Source: Welwitschia mirabilis (lineage: Eukaryota). From it: 47,454 nucleotides of DNA. The position numbers were made by a program, and so were the translations under genes. The notes under the pieces were generated by a model. It was not told the origin of the DNA, did not search any database, and saw only the letters and a program-made list of their open reading frames with translations. Positions 12,550 to 22,499 of this stretch are shown here, one piece after another (the first letter of the stretch is position 1; every line of letters starts with the position of its first letter). Location: contig JBOZIK010000001.1 in assembly GCA_051453625.1 (NCBI GenBank), forward strand, positions 14,164,506-14,211,959, given 5' to 3'.

Positions 12550-15500
12550 AATACTAGACCAATTATTAACTTCGAACAATTAATTTAAAAAAACAAAATC
12601 CGCAGCAAACACGAATCATAAAAGCACAAAAATTCTCTTAACTGGACGTCTCTCCAGCATAAGATCACATCCCATATTTGGAATCGTTAGGATGAAATGC
12701 AATATAGAACTTACCACTCTATACACAATGTATTAGATTTCAAAAGACAGCATAACAAGAAAACATTTAATGGAGTTGCACCTCTTCCATGCCTTCAATC
12801 TCCAGATAGACAAAACAAGTAAATAAAACTGCATATACCAGAACCGAGTAAAATGTTTCGTTTCGCAAAATTTGTAACGTTAAATGTGATATTAGTTTAT
12901 GATTTCACAATTTCACGAGAACATCATTACAACACTATATATAAACACAAAACAATTTAAAGCAGAGAAAATAAAAATTCGTAGAAATGAAATTTGACAA
13001 AATCACTTAACGCTACGTTGTCTTATGCCTTAAAACTGTAATATTCCAAAACCACTTCCACTACCATTTTGTTTATGTTGTGATCCCCCTAATTCAAAGT
13101 GAATTGATATTACAAATCATGTTGAAATCAGTTTCTATGCTATGTCAAACTAGTATAAGAGTATACGGATAGGATATACTAGGCAAAGAAATATCAGGTT
13201 CTGTGCGATAACTATGTCTAACGAGAATGAAGATATATCATACTGAAGAAATATCAGTTTCTGTACTCTTTTTAACTTTCAAAATGTAAACTCTATAAGA
13301 AAATACTTTTAATTTACCTATCTTTAGACTATGCTCTTTTTACCAGACTATAAGAAGAAACCGGCAACCAATTAGACGCTACTCCATAAGTAAAAGGTAA
13401 TCAATATGTCCTTAATGAAATTGACAATAAGAGAGAATTTGCTAATAAGTTAATTCAAAAAACCGTCACCGTTTTGCTGCATTTGTCAATTAAAATAACG
13501 AATAATGGTGTTTGGAACAATAATCACCAACTACTTACATAGTAGGCCACTGGACGAGAAAACCGTTAAATACTTCCATCAAAGCTGTGCAGTTTCGTTG
13601 TCAATTCCACAAGCAGATTAGCTACGTTGTTTTGACTCGGAGAGACAGGACGTCGATCGATTCCATAGGCAAACTTAACACATAAAGAAAAAATCTGTAA
13701 GATATTTTGAAAGCGTAGAAAACCTCGTAACAAATGCAGTCCTTTCAGTGAAAATACCTTTCTTTCCACTCATATCGCCAGCAAGTCTGCGCTTAGGAGT
13801 CTAAGATAGCGAACACGCACACTGAGATCGCCCGGATTGGCCCAAAAATTTATTCATGGCCAGATTCTAGGGTAATGAATTTTTCACTGCAAAATTCACC
13901 AGAGAAATCCACCTCAAAAATTCAACCGAAGATGTTTAGGATTCCTGAATTCTGCAATGGACAGGCCTAGACCATTGTGGGCTCCTCTGGCGATTCAAAT
14001 GCTGTAGAAGTGACGCATGGAGAGATGTCTACGTACATTCAATTAGGGTGTGATTAATTGTATATGAAAAAACCTCATGTACAAAAAGCATTGCCTCCTG
14101 GTTTGCCTCGGCTTGGCAAAGTGCTCGGAATCGCTTTGCCTTTGTCATCTTTTGCTGTAATGACTTTTCATATTTGCCTTTCTCATATTTTTTTGTAATG
14201 ACTTTTGACATTTGAATTTAATAAACTTGTTCATTATATCCCTCTATTATATTGCTCTACTGCGTGACTCTCCACATGCCGCTCTCCCCAGCTTTTCTTT
14301 TGGCTATGTCAACAAATAAAAGGGAAGTAAAAGGGTTGTAATGAAATCCAATAAGTAAAAGGGTTGTAATGAAATTGAAGCATTCTCTGAGAAACAGGAA
14401 AAAATTTACTTACTTTATATTGAATCATGCTTTCCCAAAAGCTCAAACATCACATATAAACCAGAAAAAAGGGGAGGATGATTACATAGATTCCAATAGT
14501 GTATCTCCTTTTATCGCTCCAAGAATATGGAGAAATGAAAATGAAAAAAATAGAGCATCCAAAGCTCAGAGCAGATAAAAATTATCTTAACCAGAAGCAG
14601 AATAAAAAGAATATTACCTCAGGCATCGGAGTACGACATCATTAGACAGGTCTGGACCAAGAACCCAACGAACAATACAATAGGAAGATGCCGAAATAAA
14701 AATAAGTAGCGTCACTCGTTAACTCTCATCTCAAATATGACAGCAGATGAAAAACAACAGTCACTAGGAAGCGTGTAATTAGAACAAGTAATCAACACCG
14801 ATTCGTTTACAGAAGATTATAAACACGTATGTATTCCATAAGATAAACAGGTTGCACTCTTGGCATGCTTAGTCTAACTTAGATCCTAAATGGATAATAT
14901 TTGATGTCCAGAACGCAAAACGAAAAGAACTTTATCCAATCGTTTCAAGTACGCATTAAGCATCAAGATAGAATAGAAAGAAGTTTGGTAAGATAACAAT
15001 TCCAAAACTGAGATACCTTAATTAAAGTGGCTAAGACGCCAATACGACGATTTCCACGAAAGACACCAGCAATAATGAGGTTAGTTACCATAAAAGATTT
15101 CAGCAACGTGCAGTAAACGTTTAAACAAGAATCAGTTAACGCACCTTACATAGCGTTCAGGTATTCACTCGGTATATGTTAACATCCTTATTTTCTTAAA
15201 GCCAGCTTCAGAGTTCAAACAAATTCACATGGCATTGAACGTTCTTGAGCAACGTTATATATGCACATGTATTTTAGTGAGAGAAGCATTAATTATTTCC
15301 GACCCGATACGTGTCTTCCAAAATTATTAGATGAGTAACAATCAAAAGGGATCAAAGAGAAAACAAAGCGACACACGCGCCAGGCATGAATGAAAGCCCT
15401 GCCAAAAAAAAAATTGAAAAAGAAATAACGCAGTATATTTATTAATATTTTGATCAACCTCGAGAGCGCTCCCTACGAGGTACAATCCCTTGTATCTACA

Positions 15501-16435
15501 ATCTACATGCATAAATATATCCTCTATGACATTGTCTATGGAGCAGTTAAGGGGCCTCACAGAGTCCACGGCTGCAATAGACTGCCAAATTTTCAAAATA
15601 CCGTGATATGTAATTACAATCATCATCAGCAGATATATAGCACTAGTCAAGCACTATAGTCAGAAATCATTACTAACTAAAATCATATAAGTATGATTGA
15701 GGTAATATTATACTAAAAGAGTTGTTAAACCGTGCTTTGAGGCCAGACGAAATTTTAAAACAATAGTGAGGGTATAAAACAGAGGTAGCAAAGAACGTCC
15801 CTCTTTGAAGTTTAACAAGAAAAGACGGTGGAAATATATTGCAAACACATACAACAAGACAAACGTAAAAGTCGAAAACAACGTTTCACTAAAAACGCTC
15901 GATATGAGACCGAGCAAGCACATCAAAGATCGGCGAAAATAAAGCTGTAGATCTGGTGAACATCAAACAAAAAGAAAGAAAACCGCACGTCAACAACACA
16001 GAACGCAGAACTGAAGCACGTGGGATGAACACAACCGGAAAACGTAAAATGCGACATACATCCGAAAAAGGAATAAGCAGGAATAAATAAATTACAGACA
16101 CAGAAACATACAACTAGCGTTTCTAGGGTTCGAAGAAAGCAAACAATGAACAAAACATCATCAAGAAATCAAAAAAATAATAAACCAACCTAAAGCCACG
16201 GTGTCTAGGATCTCCACAAAACATCGAATGAAAGCTTATCGAGAAATCAAAAACTGTTTCTAGGATCTCAACAGAGCAAACAAAGAAAACAATACTTATC
16301 AAAAAATCAAAAAATAAACAGACACATACAGCTAGGGTTTCTAGGTTTTCATAAAAGCAAACAAAGAAATAAACGGTATCAGTTCAACAAACAATAATTG
16401 TGACAGACATTCAAAATGCTCTACCAAGTGATAAC
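12550..16435 (-). ncRNA. Candidate spliced long non-coding / small-RNA host transcript of unknown family
   Basis: CpG is retained here but depleted in the flanks. Minus-strand U-rich intron-like tract ~15.7-16.4 kb. Acceptors (T)10GGCAG| at 15399 and ATGCAG| at 12829. Donors AAG|GTGCGT (~15144), AAG|GTATCT (15016), GAG|GTAATA (14617), AAG|GTATTT (~13757), |GTAAGT (13538) and GTG|GTAAGT (12714). No credible ORF. Transcription is inferred, not shown. Confidence 0.45.
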
Positions 16436-16454
16436 GAGAAGAGGCCTGCATCGC

Positions 16455-16632
16455 GACCAAATATATACAACATTATATCGGAACAATTGTGAATCGTAAG
16501 AAGCACGACCATCCGGAAGAGCCGCACACAAGAAAAGCTGCACTTCTTGATAAGGACAATTCATTAAGGCTCATTGTTAAGGAAGAACGTCCGCGAACAA
16601 CAGGATACGAACGCGTTTCATTGACGTGGCGA
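16455..16632 (-). promoter_or_regulatory. Putative Pol II promoter: ABRE/G-box-like TGACGTGGC, CGCG box AACGCGTT, TATA-like element
   Basis: TGACGTGGC at 16622-16630, palindromic AACGCGTT at 16610-16617, CCGCG at 16591-16595 and TATATAT (minus) at 16461-16467. An initiator-like TCACTT lies ~30 nt downstream (~16430) and a telo-box-like AAACCCTAG at 16332-16340. Confidence 0.5.
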
Positions 16633-16982
16633 TTACTTTAAAAAGTTCATTTTCTGAAAGAATATATTGATTAAATTTTAATAAAAATTCTTAAGCCAGA
16701 CGAAAGGGTAATTGCAATGACCACAGTTTTGTAAGCTTTCATACCTTCGCTTGTCCTTGCAAGTAAGTGGTTTAATGAAATACTATTTTGTGTTTGCCAT
16801 CTCTACTTCTCATGAACCGGATTTTGTCAAAGCAGAAATTTCATAAAAATTATATTCAGGACTAAGTTTGTGTCACCAAATGAAACCCATTGGTGGCCCT
16901 TATTTGCTTAAGAGCTTATTACAAAATGTCTAGATTTCACTTGTGACATATACCCGTCATCTCAAAACCCATATTAAAATTT

Positions 16983-17120
16983 CAAAAAAAAAAAGCCTCA
17001 TGTCAAATGTGTCTTAAAGACATAAATAAAACCATAAGCGAACATGCACATTGTAGAACTTGAACCCAAAATCCTAAATCTAATTGTTTATAAACATGAC
17101 TTGATTAACTATGCTATATG
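16983..17120 (-). mobile_element. Possible decayed tRNA-derived SINE head
   Basis: Minus strand has an A-box-like TAGCATAGTTAA (17116-17105) and a B-box-like GGTTCAAGTTC (17066-17056), 38 nt apart, followed by a T run at ~16984-16994. Confidence 0.3.
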
Positions 17121-17299
17121 TTAAGCTCTAAGACTCTCTCTCATGATGTTGAAGTTATTTTGTTTTTGTTCTAATTCAAACCTTTCCTAAGTATTCCAAC
17201 ATTTTATTAATGTTATACATATTGAAATATTTTACATCAAAGGATCTTAAGTAGAGAAACAACATTTGGTAATATTAAATGAATGTGAAAAAAAAAATT

Positions 17300-20200
17300 A
17301 AGCGACAGGAAACTAGGATAATGCCTATTAGTTATAAGTGGTTATTTTACTATACTTAAAGGATGATGTTAGATATGAAATATTAACTTGATATTAACAT
17401 ATTTCAAGATTAAGAAGCCTATGACCAGGCTATAAATATAATGCAAATTAAAAGGAGAAAACCTCGTAGCTAAGAAATACATTATCATAACCAAACATAA
17501 ACTCTTTGAAAGTAATAAAAGATCTTTAAGAACCCTTTGCTACATGATTCTCAAGTGGTATAATAACGTTTTCATAGTCTTTTTTAAACTCGTTGGTTGT
17601 AGTCATACAAGGGCTATCATAGAGGTTTAAACCAAAGGGATATGTTGTGCAATAACAATATTTTAATGAGGCAACTGTGAAATTAAGCAAAGCACATCTG
17701 ACCACTGTTCTAATAGCCAAAAGGTATAACTAGTATCCAACTAAATTTCTTCACTTGACCTTGGATCTCAAAGCAATAATTTGTAAATTAGTAGTTTAAA
17801 TCTTAAATTAGAAAATTAAAGTTATCAAAAAATATGATTGCATTAGCTTTTTAAGATCTCATAAAAGATGTAGGGTCTAAAATAGTTCCAAAGAAATAAA
17901 TAGTATGTTATTAGATTTTGTAGATATCCAAAAATAATATGCTTTTAATAAGGATGAAATTCTTAAAAGGCTACAGGAATCCACATTAAAATGTTTTAAT
18001 CCATAAAGAAATCAATGACGTAATGTTATAAGTTGTCTTTATTATTGCGGGAAAAAAAAGGAGGCAGCAACTACAAATTCGATATGATAAAGCCTTCTAT
18101 CAATAGGTCTTACTTGATAAAATAGACACTATAAACAATGTTATGCTTTTTATAAGGAAGTTAATTTCCAAATGCTTTAAGCTCTTGATACCCATGAATT
18201 CTCTAACTAAGAGGTATGCATAATTTATCACAATGATTCTCAATGGATATGTCTTTTAAAAGCATATCATAGGAATTTTTAATTCTATAAGGATAAAAAG
18301 AACTACCATCTTTTGACTATATTAAATTTAGAAGTGAAAAATAATTATCTGGGATAGGAATTGCATTGGAAATCTAAGAGATAAAGTTTGCCAAAAAAAA
18401 AAAAAAAATTCTACAGAATTTAAGTTATCATAGATCTACTAGAATATTTCTCATGAAATCATCAATTATTTAAGCAAAGACATAAAAGAGGGACCACACC
18501 CTATTAATCTAATGAGCTATTAATTAAGATCTTAAAGAAGTAATTTAAGTGCTATTTAATGATAACAATCATGAAACTACTTATTCTAACATTGAATAAA
18601 TAATAAAAAACTTTTTCCACATAATATTCTTTTAAATCATCTTCCATGCAATCCTAAATCTTTTGAAGATAATAAATCCTTAAACCTTAACATCTCTAGG
18701 AGGCCTAAACCAATCAACAGGATTGATATCTTTCCATCTTCATCTATTCTTTAGATAAGTGGCTGTAAATAGTTAAAAATCTAGATCTCATCATCATATT
18801 ATGGAGTCAAAATATTAGCTAACCACTTATCATAAAGATACACCTTGTAGAAAGTAGTTAAAAAAGCTTAAACCTCCCTTTTTAATAGATATGTACTAAA
18901 CCCTCCATGCAACTATGCAAAATAATTTTATATCTTTATTAAATAACTACATGACATCATAAAATATCTTTCCAATTTTCTTATAACTTAAAGGAGTGAG
19001 AGCCTAATAAGAAGAAAGACAAATATGATTAATAGAAGAAACAATTTACACACTAAGTATCTTTTAGCATTTTGAGACTTATCTACTTTGAAAGCCAATT
19101 TATTAAAAGTAAAGTATCATTACTACCTAGCAGAACCTTGTAAAAAAAAAATTAAAAAAAAGATAATTTCAAGAATTTTAATCACCTTCTCATATTGGGT
19201 AATTTTTCATGGTTTAAACATAAGCCATGTGTAACTTTTGAAAATAATAAATACTAATGAATTTTCTTGATTGGTCTTAAAATCAACAAAATAATAATAA
19301 ATATTAATTCTAGAGAGTAACTATAATAGCTTAAAAATTGTTAATTAAAAAGAAGTAGTTGTCTTCAAAGTGCATTTATGAAAATTATTTATTATTTAAA
19401 TAAAGCACCTATGGGTATGTCCGAAAAATTATTTTTAGAGGATTATTATTATTTGTTTTCATTCTTAAATTTTTCAATTTTAAAGGATTTGATTCATATA
19501 TCAAAGATGTGATTAAACCCTTGGTTATTATTATATAGCAAAGAATTTATTTAATTATTAATAATGAAATCAGTTAGCTAATCTTCTCATTAAATCTTTT
19601 GGCTTCACCTTATTTATCAAATCATTTCTACTACATGATGATTACCTTTGTGGTCTTAAATAAGTTGGTTCGAATTTTAACTGATATGAATATTGTGACT
19701 AAGATTTTCATGCTTATCCTTTTGCATAGCATGACATGAAAAATTACTATAATAATATAAATATAGGAAGACCAAGGACATCCTTACCTTAAAGATCTTT
19801 CAATAGGAAGAGTGAAAATAACATCTCCTATAATATCAACACTAGCATTTGCATCCTTAAACAAATAATTTACCATATGAACAAAAATATTTTCAAATCT
19901 TAGCTTTCTATGTAAGGTAAGATGAAGTTTAATTCAATTCTATCATGACCTTTTGGATAATAAAGTTTAAAAAAGAAAATATCTTGATTAGTATCCTTTA
20001 CTCATGCTAAACATTTTCAAGAGGATAAAACATTATTAAGAATATATCTAACTTTGATTAATAAAACTCTAATCAATACAAATAATATCAAGTATTATAG
20101 TCTTTAACTTGTTCGTTAAGCATTAAACAAAGTCATTGATCTCTAATTGGAAATGAAATGCGAATCACCTAATTTTGGAAAAACACAAATGATATCTTAA

Positions 20201-20750
20201 TTAAGCTTTGAATTAAGCTTCCTTTATGTCAGGATTTCTAATCCACCTTAAAGTATTCCTTCTACATAATATCCCAACAAGTTCTATAAAATTCTACTTA
20301 AAAAAAAAAATCCATTCATGAAGCCTTACCATTGCCCTTACTAAAGCAAACTTCCTTAGCTCATCCTCTATAATATATTTCTTTAAAATTTATTAATGAA
20401 CTTCTAATAGTTTTTAGAGAATGCGATTATAATATTGATTAAAAAGATGTGGATGAAAACCATCTAATAAAAAACCTTAGTAAAATGTCTAACTGAATAA
20501 TAAAGAATGGATTAAGGATAGAGTACAAGCTACCATCATCTTCAAGTTTGTCTAATTAAGAAGAATAAAAACCTGCCTTAAGGATCTAAAAATTTATTTA
20601 TGGTTAACATCTTGAATGTTAAGCTAATAAATTATACTCAATAAAAGGCTTCCTAAGAATTTAAATAATTACTCATTTAAAATTGCTCATGAGGATCATG
20701 ATTAAAAAGATGTTGTTTTATAGTAATAGAAATTTATGGTATGTGCTATT
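17300..20750 (-). mobile_element. Degenerate L1/Tx1-type LINE ORF2 (RT plus RNase H-like C terminus)
   Basis: Minus-strand motifs in order: 'EFYRTCWDIM' (~20265-20295); a KxxDRI-like motif (~19935-19955); 'RSLR*GCPWSSYIF' (=RSxRQGCPLSPYLF, 19758-19800); YADD-like 'YAK' (~19722); 'SDIPIG' (=LGIPIG, ~19408-19425); RNase H-like 'KHFNVDS' (~17977-17997) and 'ENHVAK' (~17535-17552). Confidence 0.8.
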
Positions 20751-21199
20751 AAATGTTTTAACACACCTCTAACTTTAGCAAATATTTATTTACTAGCATG
20801 TTTAAATGATTTTGAATATAACACATAATGTGGATGTAATGTGTAATCAATCTAGTATTTTCACTTAGATGCATTGGGCTACCTTCTTGACCTAAAAGAA
20901 ATGATTGATGAAAAGCCTAGCTAGATTTGTATAATCCTTAGGATATGTGGTCAACACCACTTATATAAATCTAGCATGAACTATCTAATTAGAGGCATGG
21001 AAGACTTATCATATTTTACCCTCAAGTAATGTAGCACTTACTAGGACTCAAAATCATAAACTAGGATCTAATACTATGTTAGGCTATTCACTTAAACCAA
21101 AATTTACAACTGAGAAAAATCCTACATACATTTGTACAAATTATTAAGATACCTAGTTATTAAGATGTTTCATAAAATATGTATCATAATTTTTATTGA

Positions 21200-22320
21200 T
21201 TTAATATTATATGCATTTTCATGTAATTTTAAGAGAGAAGAACGATTTTGCTTGGTCAAATGTTTGAAGTTGATCTATAAATAAATAGTGTAATTATCTC
21301 ACAATAAGCAAACATGACAAGATCTAACAAAAGAATTAGTCATTCTAATCAGAAAAATATTTCCAAAATTCCTAGAAATATTTTTTTGGTAAATGAAATT
21401 CTATGTAATAAGTTGTGTTTCACATGATAAAATTATAGATTAAAACTAGGCATGCTATATGTTTGTTCTAAAATAGTTCCTGTAAGATTATTATCCATCA
21501 AACCCCTTAAAAGACTCAATTTTTGATTAAAATTCTCAAATAATCCAAAGATCTTAAGGGAAAATTAAGGCTAAACTACTTGTAAAGACTAGAAGGCTAT
21601 GAGATTTTCAATTATTATAGGTACTTCTTTATTGAAATCTCTATTTTCTAAATCAACTTACCATGCATAGTCTTATTTCAAACATACATTCCATTTAATT
21701 TTTTTAAAACAAAATTTAGAAGGATGTTATGTTGCCTGATCATGGACAATAGGTTACTTGGATTATCTTACTTCTCTCAAATAAAGGTGAACATTATAGT
21801 TTTCTTTAATGCTATAAAATTAATAAAATAAAAAAAATTTAAAGATTAAAGTAAATAACTTAGTTAACTTATTTTAGCTATCATCTAAGATTTTTGACTC
21901 TTATTTAAAAGAATATTATGGTTCCATGCCAAGGACATTTCTTCTACTTCATAAATTCATAGGCTCTTTATAAAGATAATAGAGTTTTGATTTCAATTTA
22001 ATCCTATTAAAAATTCTAAAAAACATATAAAAAGATTATTTCTTTATTAATAACATAATTTTACAAAAGAATATTTTATGTAATTTTATATTTGAAATAA
22101 GAATATGTTTTCAAGTTCCTCAATAAGAATGGATGTGTCAACTTTATAACTAAAGATGTTGTTGAAGATGAATATCATGTCTTTCTTAAATGTTACTTAA
22201 GAAATAACATACAAAATAAATGGAACATCTTTTAGACTCATCTCATGAGTATTTTTCTTATCTAATAGCTCCATTTTAAGTATTTTTAAATAAACTTCCA
22301 TAATTAGAATATAAGGTATG
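21200..22320 (+). mobile_element. 3' fragment of a LINE ORF2 with an RTEX/L2/CR1-like C-terminal zinc-finger motif
   Basis: 22091-22147 reads FEIRICFQVPQ*EWMCQLY. After a 1-nt frameshift, 22161-22193 reads VEDEYHVFLKC. This matches the 'EtGRw..vPre.R.C..C...vEDE.H....C' pattern once deamination is reversed. The 5' limit is a guess. Confidence 0.55.
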
Positions 22321-22499
22321 CATGTTATAATTACTTAAATAAATAATTGAGTCATGAGTAGGTCCTATATCATATATGAAAAGGACTTAACGATAATTAA
22401 ATCAAAAGGAAACAAGGATTTTTGCATAAGGTTGGAGTGGAAATTTCACATAGCATCTTCTTTGTTTTATGTAATTTTCATCCTTTTTTAAATTATTTT

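Noticed and set aside
13593-13613. TTTCGTTGTC resembling miR858 or a MYB target site
   Set aside because: A 10-nt match only, with no MYB reading frame on the opposite strand and no hairpin partner.
13754-13763. ATACCTTTCT resembling the plant U2 5' end (also ATGCCTTAAA at 13025 resembling U12)
   Set aside because: Similarity stops after ~10 nt, with no snRNA body and no USE/TATA promoter.
14562-14582. miR390-like site (AAGCTCAGAGCAGATA) suggesting TAS3
   Set aside because: Many mismatches, no second site, and no tasiARF sequence (TTCTTGACCTTGTAAG) in the island.
15125-15200. C/D-snoRNA-like arrangement on the minus strand (AGGATGT...CTGA...CTGA with AAGAA/TTCTT ends)
   Set aside because: The C box lacks the essential terminal GA, and I recognised no rRNA-complementary guide.
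15366-15387. TGCCTGGC on the minus strand resembling miR160
   Set aside because: Only the first 8 nt match. The partner arm near 15302-15314 gives only a ~13-bp wobble-rich stem.
15342-16153. Short ORFs in the island (102, 69, 72, 74 and 76 aa; also 13566-13769, 14029-14211, 14369-14578)
   Set aside because: They are mostly F/L/V/C-rich (or K-rich) products of skewed base composition, several have non-ATG starts, they overlap each other, and none has a recognisable domain.
21005-21080. Decayed Met-PBS on the minus strand (AACA-TAGTATTAGATC) with a PPT-like TTGAGGGTAAAA ~40 nt away, suggesting a TRIM/Copia remnant
   Set aside because: I could find no matching LTR pair or TSD, and a 9/12 match alone is insufficient.
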